Assembly: GCA_964016885.1 (NCBI GenBank)
Contig: OZ024740.1
Location: forward strand, 264,368,001 to 264,432,000
DNA from: Eledone cirrhosa
Taxonomy: Eukaryota
Length of the DNA stretch: 64,000 nucleotides
Direction: 5' to 3'
The translations under genes were made by a program, and so were the position numbers. Position 1 is the first letter of the stretch. Each line of letters starts with the position of its first letter. Below are positions 1-15,380 of the stretch, one piece after another. Below the pieces are notes generated by a model. That model had not been told where the DNA came from and did not search any database. It worked only from the letters and a program-made list of their open reading frames with translations.

Positions 1-92
1 TAAAGTTAACCTCGGCGGGATTTGAACTCAAATCGTAAAGGGACGTAACTATGCTGGAAAGCATGGCGTCCGGCCCTCTACAGATACCGCCA
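1..92 (-). mobile_element. tRNA-derived SINE, 5' part (runs off window edge)
   Basis: Minus strand has TGGCGG A-box-like and GAGTTCAAATCC B-box; near-identical to the copies at 26437, 35062 and 59407. Confidence 0.75.
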
Positions 93-104
93 GGTAATAA
101 TAAT

Positions 105-635
105 AAATTTGAAGACCAAAATCCAAAGAGGGCTGGATAAGGATAAATATATATCGAATATATAAGAACCGTAGAGCAAATATTTATAAAAATAACAGAT
201 TAAAGTTTAAGCAAAGTATCGCTGCTTTCACCTTTAACGGGATCTTCTGAAACTAAAAAAGTCAATCTTTGAACGCAGAAGTAAATATTTCAAAAAAACC
301 TTGCAACCGAAGAAAGACAATAAGACGATACTTTGATTCGTCGAAACGTTCCCTGGCAAAGAACGGAAAGAAGCGAAGAATATACGTCATTATTTGGAGC
401 GGTGAAAACAATTACACGCAAAGAGAAAACAATCTAAATGGTATAACTGAAGTCGTAGACTAAAATTCTATCTAAGAAACCAAATGATTCTCGGCTTCAG
501 AGTTAAGAATAAAGTAAATAAAATACAGAGGTAATTGAAATTAAATATATACATACACACATCCATATACGTACAAACTCAAGCATTCGCAAAACATCCG
601 CCATGGGTATACAAATACTACAAATACAAGCACGT
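105..635. repeat. Dispersed repeat family X (unclassified)
   Basis: Homologous segments at 2573-2749(-), 3107-3505(-), 4855-5025(-), 18320-18525(+), 19160-19290(-), 25300-25530(-). Confidence 0.7.
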
Positions 636-733
636 GCACAAAAAAAAACGGACACGCACATACAGAACACACGCAACGCCTGTACTCGCACACATCCGAA
701 TGTATACACCAAATACACATACAAAATATATAT

Positions 734-776
<43 letters not shown>

Positions 777-1027
777 GAGAGGTATAGAGATTGTTTTAGC
801 AAGAAGCTAACGACATTCTATAACAGATATGCGACTATAACGTCAAGATGGGAAAAGTAGTTAACGAAAGATTTAGGAAAAATAACTCAAACTCATCTCA
901 AAAGAGAATCAGGATATAAATTCATCCACAGAATTTAGTAAAATCCAGGGAAAAATCTATAGACCTTTAACTCATGATAAAACAAAGTCTGAAACACTTA
1001 TCCTTCAATTTGGAATAACATCAAATG

Positions 1028-1106
1028 CTCTGTATAGTCTTAAAATACTATTTCATGAAAACTTTCAGTGGAGATGGTCACGGTTGGATTTCATTCATCA
1101 GCAAAG
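1028..1106 (-). ncRNA. Type I hammerhead ribozyme
   Basis: ctttg-CUGAUGA-augaaa..uuucau-GAAA-uagu..acua-UA-cagag; stems I, II and III all pair. Confidence 0.75.
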
Positions 1107-1656
1107 CTCAACAGAAACCAGGGCTCTCACAGTAATATAATCCGAAAAAGGGAGTTCTAAAACTGGCTAGTTCGCCTTCATGTGTATTTATGAAAAAGCA
1201 CATGAGGAAAAAACGGGGCTAGTGACGTCAGGATGGAAGTGAATGTTTATTTACAAGAAATAGCAGTCAAATACATTCTGAAAAAAACTCTACAAAGGAG
1301 TTCAGCAAAATAGCAATAATTATCACAGTTTTTATGAAAAAAAACCTGGATTAGTCACAGATAGTTTAAGCACTCTAGGAAAAGAATCCGAGTATAAATA
1401 TAAATGAGAGGTATAGAGATTGTTTTAGCAAGAAGCTAACGGCATTCTATAACATATATGCGACTATAACGTCAAGATGGGAAAAGTAGTTAACGCAAGA
1501 TTTAGGAAAAATAACTCAAACTCATCTCAAAAGAGAATCAGGATATAAATTCATCCACAGAATTTAGTAAAATCCAGGGAAAAATCTATAGACCTTTAAC
1601 TCATGATAAAACAAAGTCTGAAACACTTATCCTTCAATTTGGAATAACATCAAATG

Positions 1657-1735
1657 CTCTGTGTTGTCTTAAAAGACTATTTCATGAAAACTTTCAGTGG
1701 AGATGGTCACGGTTGGATTTCATTCATCAGCAGAG
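1657..1735 (-). ncRNA. Type I hammerhead ribozyme, second copy with mutated cleavage-site region
   Basis: Same fold with a perfect ctctg/cagag stem I; 3' side of stem III altered (gacaaca). Confidence 0.6.
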
Positions 1736-2046
1736 CTCAACAGAAATCAGGGCTCTCACAGTAATATAATCCGAAAAAGGGAGTTCTAAAACTGGCTATT
1801 TCGCCTTCCTGTGTATTTATGAAAAAGCACATGAGGAAAAAACGGGGCTAGTGACGTCAGGATGGAAGTGAATGTTTATTTACAAGAAATAGCAGTCAAA
1901 TACATTCTGAAAAAAACTCTAAAAAGGAGTTCAGCAAAATAGCAATAATTATCACAGTTTTTATGAAAAAAACCGGGATTAGTCACAGATAGTTTAAGCA
2001 CTCTAGGAAAAGAATCCGAGTATAAATATAAATGAGAGGTATAGAG

Positions 2047-2091
<45 letters not shown>

Positions 2092-2749
2092 ATGTGTGCG
2101 TGTATACTCATAATTAAATAAACGCATGAAAATAAATAAATACTTATATAACGCGGGCATACACGTACCTACATGTAAATACACATATGTATGTAGACGT
2201 ACGTCCCCAATACTCAAAGTACACATATACACACACCCTACATACCTACGAACCCGCATACTCACATAGACGCAAAACTCACGTATACACATAACCAAAT
2301 GCACATGTACCAGAATATATAATATATATGCCATAACATATACAAGCAAATATACGTACGAGAAAGTATACGTACGAGAAAGTATACGTACCTTCTCAAA
2401 ACGTACAGGTAATATATACTTACCTATATAAATAAGTAATGGTATAAACATAACATATACTATGCTACATATACTTAGCTACCACATCAAAACGTAAAAT
2501 ATCCGCGTGTTTCTTATTCGTATAGGTAAGTATATATAACCTGTATGTTTTGTGAAAGTACGTACAGTAAGTGTGCTTGTATTTGTATACCCATGGCGAG
2601 TGTTTTGCAAATGCTTGTGTTTGTACATATATGGATGTGTGTATGTATATGTTTAATTTCAATTACCTCTGCATTTGATTTACTTTATTCTTAACTCTGA
2701 AGCCGAGGATCATTCGGTTTCCTAGATAGAATTTTAGTCTACAACTTCA

Positions 2750-3010
2750 ATATGCGCCAATTCTGAGAGTTCACATTCATCTATAGAACAAACGTAGCCC
2801 ATGTGTCAAGTTTTGTGTAAATCGGTTTCGAACTCCAGAAGTTACTACGTTTTGTTGCATTTCACTGCCTCCAAGAAAGCGGTTGAAGGGGTTATCTGCC
2901 GGGAGGCCCTATAATCAATGTCTGAAAGTGTCCATGACCATCCGGAGTACATAAGTAACCTATGTCTTAAGTTTGGTGAAAATGCTGTAGAAATGCATAA
3001 GGTTTACACA
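2750..3010. mobile_element. Helitron/Helentron-like non-autonomous fragment
   Basis: Two aagttt..g(t/a)aaat motifs (caagttttgtgtaaatcgg, aagtttggtgaaaat) resemble DINE-1/HINE-like cores. Confidence 0.3.
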
Positions 3011-3573
3011 CCCACACGCGTTTATGTGTGTGTTTGTGTGTGAGTATGTATTTGTGTGTGCGTATGTATATGTCTGTGTATGTCCGTCGGCACATACGCA
3101 TGTACTGGCCTAAATCTTCTCTATTTACTTTTACTATTTTAATAAACTCTGTCATTTTCGTTTAAAATTTTATTTACATCATTCTTAAATTCCGGAGCTG
3201 GAAATCATTCGGTTATTTTAAATAGAATATTAGTCTAACGACTCCATTTATACCCTAAACTTGGTCTTGTCTTTGAATGAAATTGTTCTTCTCGGTCCAC
3301 ATAACGACGTATTATTCTCGCTTGTTATCCGTTCATTGCCAGGGAACGTCTTCACGAACCAAAATATCGTCTTCCTGTTTTCCCTCGGTTGCTATGTTTC
3401 TCGAAATATTTACTTCTGCGTCCAGAGATTGAATTTTTTAGTTTCAGAAGAACCCCTTAATGTTGTAAGCAGCGATTCTTTGCTTAAACATTAATCTTTT
3501 CTTATAACAAATATATATATATATATATATATGATATTAAATAAATGGAAACTATATTTATAAAACCATATTT

Positions 3574-3637
3574 ATTTCATTATATATATTTCAGGGATAT
3601 CATATTAACAATATGTTATGCCTTCATCAGACAAAAT
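3574..3637 (-). ncRNA. Type I hammerhead ribozyme (family shared with 13201-13360, 18100 and 42887)
   Basis: auuuugu-CUGAUGA-stemII-GAAA-uauauaua-augaaau. Confidence 0.7.
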
Positions 3638-3671
3638 ACAATATAAACAGTCTTATAAATAAATAGATATG

Positions 3672-3760
<89 letters not shown>

Positions 3761-3931
3761 CAATATCGGAGAAAGCTTTTTAGCGATACTCCGGCCAAAT
3801 TACAACTCACTCAACAAACATTAGGAAATAACTGATCATATTCCTAATTAAGCGTTCGGGGTGCTAACTAAAAGTATTGCGTGGAAAATTGGCTGTATTA
3901 TTTCATATGAGACATATCGAATATATCTCTT

Positions 3932-4058
3932 CCCAGACGGACGTCTCGTTTCATTATAGGATTCCTACAATTTAGGTGAAATTATACCAATTTATGTAGG
4001 AGCTTGTATACCATCAATAGATATATATTCAAGTGGGCTCCTATAATTCATCAGTGGG
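3932..4058 (-). ncRNA. Type I hammerhead ribozyme with about 95-nt stem II domain
   Basis: ccca-CUGAUGA-auuauagga...uccuauaau-GAAA-cgagacgucc-GUC-uggg. Confidence 0.75.
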
Positions 4059-4626
4059 TGCCCCAATAATACTAATATTGATAATCTAATCAACACCAGT
4101 ATTTAGCGATAATCATCATCAGTGCCTGAGGTATCTGTCAGGTTGCTAGTCCTGCAGTTCTAAAGAAATGCTCAAACTGATTCAAAAATGAGGAAGTAAA
4201 TTACCGCCAAAAAAAAACAATACATGCGCATGACAATGAACTCTAAAAGGAATTCAGGCCACGTCCTAGAACTCAATTGGAAATTAAGAAAATATCTATG
4301 TGTGTACAACGTTTGATGACACATATTTTCTCGGGCAAAATAACAGAATGAAATATAAGGAACAATCAATATTCATATATAAAAATATAAACAGAGAAAG
4401 GCTAACCTTATACCGGGAATTTCAAATTGTTGCACCTAGAGTAAATAAATAAATATAATATCGGAGAAAGCTTTTTAGCGATACACCGGCCAAATTCCAA
4501 CTCACTCAACAAACATTAGGAAATAAGTGATTATATTCCTAATTAAGCGTCCGGGGTGTTAACTAAAAGTATTGCGTGGAAAATTGGCTGTATTATTTCA
4601 TATGAGATATATCGAATATATCTCTT

Positions 4627-4726
4627 CCCAGACGGACGTCTCGTTTCATTATAGGATTCCTTCAATTTGGGTGAAATTATACCAATAGATATATATTCAA
4701 GTGGGCTCCTATAATTTATCAGTGGG
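4627..4726 (-). ncRNA. Hammerhead copy with G8A core (CUGAUAA) and shorter stem II
   Basis: Same stems as 3932-4058; core mutated, probably inactive. Confidence 0.55.
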
Positions 4727-5032
4727 TGTCCCAATAATACTAATATTGATTATCTAATCAACATCAGTATTTAGCGATAATTATCATCAGTGCTTGAGGT
4801 ATCTGTCAGGTTGCTAGTCCAGCAGTTCTAAAGAAATGCTCAAACTGATTCAAATTAAAATAACAGATTAAAGTTTAATCTGTTATTTATATATATATTT
4901 ATTAAAATAACAGATTAAAATTTAATCTGTTATTTTAATAAATATTTGCTCTACGGTTCTTATATATTTGATATATATTTATCCTTATCGAGCCCTCTTT
5001 GGATTTTAGTCTTTAAATCTATTAATTATTAT

Positions 5033-5108
<76 letters not shown>

Positions 5109-5292
5109 AATTTATATCTAGTAACATTTATATACATACAGATGCATATCAATGCCCCAGCAAATATATAGGTTTTGTCTTAGTAACATTGTGGCTCAAT
5201 GCATGGGGTTGCAGAACAATATGAGAGACGTAAGATGAGAAAATTCTAAAATTATAAAAAAATTATAAAATTGACTTACTAACTAAAATATC

Positions 5293-5374
5293 ACTTCCAA
5301 CTAATTAGTTTCTGGAATGGAGTAAATATATTTTCCGAAGAACATATGGAAAAGCATTCCGTCGTCAGGAAAGT
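5293..5374 (-). ncRNA. Type I hammerhead ribozyme (inverted unit)
   Basis: acuuuc-CUGACGA-stemII-GAAA-cuaauua-GUU-ggaagu. Confidence 0.7.
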
Positions 5375-5949
5375 CTCTTTTCATGTAAGTTTCCAGGCAT
5401 AGCGAGGACTCTGGAAACTTATTAAAAAATAATTCAGTGGAGAGGAAATAGCGAAGCGTGGACTGAAATCCTAGCCATTGAGAAAATCACTGTCTCTACG
5501 TCCGTGGCAAATTCAAAAAGAATCAATCACGTGACATCGAGGTCAATCAGTGGAAAGCGAGTTGTTAATAAGACAGCGGCCATGCATTGAACCACAATGT
5601 TACTAAGACAAAACCTATATATTTGCTGGCATTGATATGCATCTGTATGTATATAAATGTTACTAGATATAAATTCTTTATAATTATCTCCAATTCATTT
5701 GTCGAGCAATATTGGCCATGACTGCTGCTATAGTTGTAAGGAGGCCGCTGTCTTATTAACAACTCGCTTTCCACTGATTGACCTCGATGTCACGTGATTG
5801 ATTCTTTTTGAATTTGCCACGGACGTAGAGACAGTGATTTTCTCAATGGCTAGGATTTCAGTCCACGCTTCGCTATTTCCTCTCCACTGAATTATTTTTT
5901 AATAAGTTTCCAGAGTCCTCGCTATACCTGGAAACTTACATGAAAAGAG

Positions 5950-6031
5950 ACTTTCCTGACGACGGAGTGCTTTTCCATATGTTCTTCGGAAAATATATTT
6001 ACTCCATTCCAGAAACTAATTAGTTGGAAGT
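5950..6031 (+). ncRNA. Type I hammerhead ribozyme (unit 1)
   Basis: acuuuc-CUGACGA-cggagug..uuuucc/ggaaaa..cauucca-GAAA-cuaauua-GUU-ggaagu. Confidence 0.7.
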
Positions 6032-6491
6032 GATATTTTAGTAAGCAAGTCAATTTTATAATTTTTTTTATAATTTTATAATTTTATTATCTTACGTCTC
6101 TCATATTATTGTTCTGCAACCCCATGCATTGAACCACAATGTTACTAAGACAAAACCTATATATTTGCTGGCATTGATATGCATCTGTATGTATATAAAT
6201 GTTACTAGATATAAATTCTTTATAATTATCTCCAATTCATTTGTCGAGCAATATTGGCCATGACTGCTGCAATAGTAGTAAGCAAGCCGCTGTCTTATTA
6301 ACAACTCGCTTTCCACTGATTGACCTCGATGTCACGTAATTGATTCTTTTTGAATTTGCCACGGACGTAGAGACAGTGATTTTCTCAATGGCTAGGATTT
6401 CAGTCCACGCTTTGCTATTTCCTCTCCACTGAATTATTTTTTAATAAGTTTCCAGAGTCCTCGCTATGCCTGGAAACTTACATGAAAAGAG

Positions 6492-6573
6492 ACTTTCCTG
6501 ACGACGGAGTGCTTTTCCATATGTTCTTCGGAAAATATATTTACTCCATTCCAGAAACTAATTAGTTGGAAGT
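6492..6573 (+). ncRNA. Type I hammerhead ribozyme (unit 2)
   Basis: Same motif as 5950-6031. Confidence 0.7.
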
Positions 6574-7032
6574 GATATTTTAGTAAGCAAGTCAATTTTA
6601 TAATTTTTTTATAATTTTATAATTTTCTTATCTTACGTCTCTCATATTATTGTTCTGCAGCCCCATGCATTGAACCACAATGTTACTAAGACAAAACCTA
6701 TATATTTGCTGGCATTGATATGCATCTGTATGTATATAAATGTTACTAGATATAAATTCTTTATAATTATCTCCAATTCATTTGTCGAGCAATATTGGCC
6801 ATGACTGCTGCTATATTAGTAGGCAGGCCGCTGTCTTATTACCAACTCGCTTTCCACTGATTGACCTCGATGTCACGTAATTGATTCTTTTTGAATTTGC
6901 CACGGACGTAGAGACAGTGATTTTCTCAATGGCTAGGATTTCAGTCCACGCTTTGCTATTTCCTCTCCACTGAATTATTTTTTAATAAGTTTCCAGAGTC
7001 CTCGCTATGTCTGGAAACTTACATGAAAAGAG

Positions 7033-7114
7033 ACTTTCCTGACGACGGAGTGCTTTTCCATATGGTCTTCGGAAAATATATTTACTCCATTCCAGAAACT
7101 AATTAGTTGGAAGT
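7033..7114 (+). ncRNA. Type I hammerhead ribozyme (unit 3)
   Basis: Same motif as 5950-6031. Confidence 0.7.
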
Positions 7115-7573
7115 GATATTTTAGTAAGCAAGTCAATTTTATAATTTTTTTATAATTTTATAATTTTCTTATCTTACGTCTCTCATATTATTGTTCTGCA
7201 ACCCCATGCATTGAACCACAATGTTACTAAGACAAAACCTATATATTTGCTGGCATTGATATGCATCTGTATGTATATAAATGTTACTAGATATAAATTC
7301 TTTATAATTATCTCCAATTCATTTGTCGAGCAATATTGGCCATGACTGCTGCTATATTAGTAGGCAGGCCGCTGTCTTATTACCAACTCGCTTTCCACTG
7401 ATTGACCTCGATGTCACGTGATTGATTCTTTTTGAATTTGCCACGGACGTAGAGACAGTGATTTTCTCAATGGCTAGGATTTCAGTCCACGCTTCGCTAT
7501 TTCCTCTCCACTGAATTATTTTTTAATAAGTTTCCAGAGTCCTCGCTATGCCTGGAAACTTACATGAAAAGAG

Positions 7574-7655
7574 ACTTTCCTGACGACGGAATGCTTTTCC
7601 ATATGTTCTTCGGAAAATATATTTACTCCATTCCAGAAACTAATTAGTTGGAAGT
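7574..7655 (+). ncRNA. Type I hammerhead ribozyme (unit 4)
   Basis: Same motif; stem II base ggaaug/cauucc. Confidence 0.7.
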
Positions 7656-7715
7656 GATATTTTAGTAAGTCAATTTTATAATTTTTTTATAATTTTATAA
7701 TTTTCTTATCTTATG

Positions 7716-7759
<44 letters not shown>

Positions 7760-7889
7760 GTGAGGTTTGTTTGACAAAATGAAAAATAACCGAGGTGTCC
7801 TACACGAGTGAAAGTATAAAGAAAAAAAGATGAAATCGAAAATGAAACTGGAGTCTTATTTAAAAAAATATATATATATTTATTTGGTT

Positions 7890-7927
7890 CCTTTACCGGT
7901 TACGCAGTTCTTCTGCTTTTCAAAGGT
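7890..7927 (-). ncRNA. Minimal hammerhead, U3-A8 variant with GAAA mutated to GUAA
   Basis: UUGAAAA-gcag aagaa cugc-GUAA-ccg-GUA-aagg; intact homologues at 41519 and 41623. Confidence 0.55.
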
Positions 7928-8420
7928 AGAGTTGAGATGAAGGGTCCGTGGTTTTTCTCACATCTGGTTTTTCTTTGAATGTTACTTGTTTTATATGGAA
8001 AAAAGTGGCGCGAAACGCCAGGCTTTTAGAGAAATAATTTGATTGGTTGGTCAATAAGTATAAAAGATTTCGCGCCAGTTCGCGTTACAAAGTTCTTCAA
8101 ACAAGGGGGTGCTCAGGTTGTTTTATAATGTATGAGTGTTTGAATTACCTTTTACTTACAAAAAGGGGCTCGCGAAGGCTTTTTTTTAAAAATGTAATCT
8201 GATTGGTTATAAATGAAATTATGACTGTCACGTGAACAAGATCCGCGCCCGTATTATTTATTTTGTAGCGATTTAGAGAATGTTATGACAAGCAAAAGAA
8301 TGGTCAAGAGAAATGGGATGGGAGAATTGTTCTGGTTCAGTGAATATGGCTATTTCGCTGGGGTGTCAGAGTTCAGATTTTCTATTGAAATAAAGAAAGT
8401 AGACATATGTATGTTTATTT

Positions 8421-8453
<33 letters not shown>

Positions 8454-8656
8454 GGAACATGATTCCGTTAGTAGGAATATTTTTGAATGAACATATTTTC
8501 CTTACTTATTCGTATTTGTTCTGTTGTATTGTCAGCGCAAACGTATGTTAAGGTTTATTTAGTTCGGGTTTTTATTTTCTAAAGTAGAAGGTGTTATGTG
8601 TGTGTGTATGTGTCTGTTTGGATGGTTAGCATGTTATGGTGTTGACATAATGTATA

Positions 8657-10991
<2,335 letters not shown>

Positions 10992-11678
10992 TGAGAGAGA
11001 GATGCGTCTTTTGTGTGTGTGTGTGGACATAAATATATATAACACACACAGTCACAGTACGTCTTGTGTGAAAGAGGGAAAGAGACGTAAGGTTGGGGAA
11101 AGCGGAGAAATGACCAGTGTGTAAATAATAGATAAATAAATAAAAGTTAAAGTTTTTCACACTCTTTCTTTCGTTCTCAACCCCTCTCTCCCTTTTTCTC
11201 ATACCCTCTCTATCTTTCTCTCGCTCTCTCTCTGGCCTAAATCTTCTTATATATATATATATAGTGTTAGAACTTTGTGAGTGTCATGCTGCCAATAAAA
11301 ACACACGCACCTGTTGGATTTCACTTCATTTTATTATAAATTACAGGTTGGTTGGTTGATTCGATAACCGGATGGTTGTTTATATATTGTCAACGCTCTT
11401 TCTTCACACATTTCACTACTCATTCTGCTATTTAGCAAAATCGTATATGTTTGATGTATTTTCAAATTGTTCCCTTATTCATTAGAAATATTCCCGATGA
11501 AAGAATATAACATCTTCCAATATTGATTATCGCACTATGTTTGAATTCCTAACGTATCCTGAGTTCCAGAAACCATGGTCGGGGTATTATATAAGTTAAA
11601 ACCTACTTTTCTTTTAGCCGATTTGGATTATATCCCTCCAAAATAAGATTTTGACTGAAGTTTTATATATACTGAAGT

Positions 11679-11712
<34 letters not shown>

Positions 11713-11897
11713 CACAACTGTGGCTCCGGCAGGTAAGCGTTTATGCAATAAATTAATTTCAGCACTCTACGTTATCCATATCAACCATCGTAGATGTGGT
11801 ATCACGTGTTTGTGCGGGAACGGAATTAAATATTCATTAAAAACAAAACACCAGGCCGGAATGGAACATTTACTTGAAAATCTTAATCCCGTGGAAC

Positions 11898-11969
11898 CAC
11901 TATACATATTTCAGTGACTCAGCCTTATCATCCTATCATGATGCAAGCACTAAACGATTTCATCAGGTG
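11898..11969 (-). ncRNA. Type I hammerhead ribozyme candidate
   Basis: cac-CUGAUGA-imperfect stem II-GAAA-uaugu-AUA-gug. Confidence 0.5.
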
Positions 11970-13200
11970 TTATTTGCGGAATTGGACAACAGGATTACGT
12001 TAAACGCAAACATAGAATAGTACAAATTAAAAGTAAAAACATAGAAAATAGAATAGATTCAGGGACAGCCTTCCAATCCAATGTTAAAGCCATGGCAGAC
12101 TGTGCCCGAAGTCACACTATCAATTAATGTCACCATTGTGGTGTTGGCAGGTGTGCGGGAGGAGGTGGTGTTGTTAGGTCGCGACAGGAATACTGTCGTC
12201 CTTAGAAAATACCATTCATTAATTACAACAAAGTATTCTATCGTAGATGTCATAGGGTTTTAAACTGTGCTATTTGACGTTGGCTGAAAATCAGCGTAGC
12301 GGGACGGAAGAGAGTTGAATGCTTAAATTAGTATAGGGAGGAACAGATCTATGTAAATTGTATAAAATAAGAAGAAAGAAAGAAATAACAAGAATAGAAG
12401 AATAAAAGTTATAAAATTATATTTTTAAAATATTTAAAAAATATTTTTAAAATTATAAAGGTTATAAGATTGCAAGAATAACGGGAATTATACGATTAAA
12501 AACATTTTAAAAAATTATACAGTTTACAAAACCTTATAAAACTTATGTTCTAAATTTGCGTTAAATAAATTAGTAAAGTGAAACAGAAAGTAAAATAACA
12601 AAGGCGGTTATTTTTAAGTATAATTTTCAAGATTCCTGAAAGTACATTATTGGATGATAACGGGGTTGTCAAATATGTCTGGCTTTGACCCACGTAGCGG
12701 TCAAACTTATCACACAAAAGTCCAAAGAAAATAGATTGCTAGTGACAGAGTATATTCAAATATTGAAGCTTGATTAATTAATAAATTCCAAGCATTCAAG
12801 TTATAGGACCAAACTTTGTTTGATCAGCGTGCTATCTAATGAAGGTAACATTGTAAGAAAGTCAAATATTTCTGCACGTGAATGTATAAAATTCTATATT
12901 AACAGATAAAGTTTTGTACATATGCGGTTGTACACACACACACACACACACGCACACATACACACTGGGGCTCACACACACATACACACACACATATATA
13001 TATATATATATTTAGATATATAAAGCAAGAAAGAGAAAGGGAGAGAGAGAGAGAGATCCAAAAATATGCACACAAGAAGTTATATATACATATATATATA
13101 TATATATACAAGCAGAAGAGATATTCAAGTTGTTGGTAATTCAACAAATATACATGTTTATAACTGATTCAGAGCACTCGACAAGTTTTCTGAGTATAAT

Positions 13201-13360
13201 ATACATTGATATTAAATAAATGGAAACTCTATCTATAAAACCATATTTATTCTATTATATATATTTCAAGGGTACCAACATTTTGGTACCCTTGAAATAT
13301 ATATAATAGAATAAATATGGTTTTAAAGATATAGTTTCCATTTATTTAATATCATTGTAT
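13201..13360. repeat. About 160-bp near-perfect palindrome centred on a hammerhead stem II loop
   Basis: Centre tttcaagggtaccaacattttggtacccttgaaa; right arm matches 42905-42990. Confidence 0.85.
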
Positions 13361-13388
13361 ATATATATATACATGTATTCTAGCATGT

Positions 13389-13773
<385 letters not shown>

Positions 13774-14621
13774 CATACATAGATTTGTATATATGCATAT
13801 AGACACACGTATTATCTGTTACATGCAACGTCTGTCACGTGCCATTATTATTTTCGTTGCAATGTAATATATTCGATGCCTGGAAAGGCATTCTCTCACA
13901 CACAAAAAAAAGTGTTTCTTATAGTTTACCAGAAGTCAAGCTTATGGCTCTACTTTTGATCGGTTTCCATATTTTGGAACTTCACCTTTTAGTGTTCGTG
14001 CTAACTTTTTGTAGATGAAGGCTGGAAAAAAACTTCTAATAATGTGAGCTTTATACATCTTTGCTCTTTACATTTTGACCCGTAAGGTTTACCATCCCCT
14101 TCTAGGAGAAGATCAATAGTATTCCATTTTTTCTGACGTTATAAGATCTTATTTCTTTGAGAAACTTCAATCATTATCAGTATTTTATATGTATATTTAT
14201 TTTTTGTCGTCGTGTGATAAGAAATATTTCTGTTCTTATTTTTTACTACTTTTCTTTACAAAGTTATATAGCATTTTAATATTCACCTAGATAATTTGCT
14301 TTTTCCGAAGCCTCCTAATAGCTTTTAAAGGAATGTATAATATTTCTTTATGATTTCCTTCGCTACATCCTTCCAGAAATAGTTTCAATTTAAGTTCCTG
14401 TCATATTTCTTCTATCGAATACTGAGTATACCACATTTCCTGTTGGCCAAATACATATTACTTTGTATAATGTCTTATTCACCTCATATAGTTACAATGA
14501 GCTCTGACAAACAATATTTTGATTAGTTACTCGGTTGAACTCCAGTCTGTGGTTGTGTTTTTTTTAAATAATTATTGTGAATATTTCTTTTTCTTTCATT
14601 CTTCCACGCGAATTATGAAGG

Positions 14622-14698
<77 letters not shown>

Positions 14699-15339
14699 TT
14701 TATTTATTTAATCAAAGACGTTTCTCGAAGACCTTCCAATATTGAAAGCATTTATTTGCGATATGCTAAATATAGATGGTGTCCAAAACAATGTATTCAT
14801 ATTTTTATTCACCATACCTTATCGAATTGTTTTTAACTCAATAAACAATGCATTTATTTTCATTTAAATAGTATTTTCGTAGGGTGGGGGCACCACCATA
14901 TATATTCGGTGCTGTACAATAGACGTAGTGTATAAATAAATATAGTAAACCCATCTAAATATCAGTGGAAAATATTTCAGGTAAAATTTCTAGTGTTTAG
15001 AGTAATATTAATGAGGGATTGAATATAGATATTAATTACATAAAGCAATAAAATATTTATAGTCGTTTTCGTGCTAAGGAAAATGATCTCAGCAGTAATA
15101 AAGGGGCATACGTTTATTGAAGTCAGATCCAACCGAGTGCATAAAAGATTTTGTTTAGCGAAAGTGAGCTTTCTACATGTTTACCAGATATGTTTTTTTT
15201 TAAATTGAAGGCTCCTAATTACAGCTATATTGCACTTTACTTCAGCTTGGATTGTATGCCATCATCCTAAACACGTTTAAAGATTTCTTCATTTGTACAA
15301 CTACAATATATATATACATATATATATATATAGAGAGAG

Positions 15340-15380
<41 letters not shown>

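Larger units (their letters stand above)
772..2048 (-). repeat. Tandem repeat, 2 x 629 bp plus short partial, hammerhead-bearing (PLE pLTR/retrozyme-like)
   Basis: taaatgagaggtatagagatt recurs at 772, 1401 and about 2030; (TA)n on both sides. Confidence 0.85.
3751..4854 (-). repeat. Tandem repeat, 695-bp period (1 full + 1 partial), hammerhead-bearing
   Basis: tcggagaaagc at 3766 and 4461; starts at (TA)n. Confidence 0.85.
5103..7723 (+). repeat. Array of about 4 direct 541-bp units preceded by an inverted partial unit; one hammerhead per unit
   Basis: catgcattga at 5581, 6123, 6664 and 7205; 5103-5580 is the reverse complement; (TA)n on both flanks. Confidence 0.9.

Noticed and set aside
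300-360. Hammerhead-like gacga/tcgtc-GAAACGTTC in family X
   Set aside because: No CUGANGA box in any copy
5581-7723. CRISPR-like or ordinary satellite interpretation of the tandem arrays
   Set aside because: No unique spacers or cas genes; eukaryotic context; whole units repeat and carry hammerheads
14770-14810. Tc1/mariner TIR-like sequence
   Set aside because: No partner TIR or transposase found
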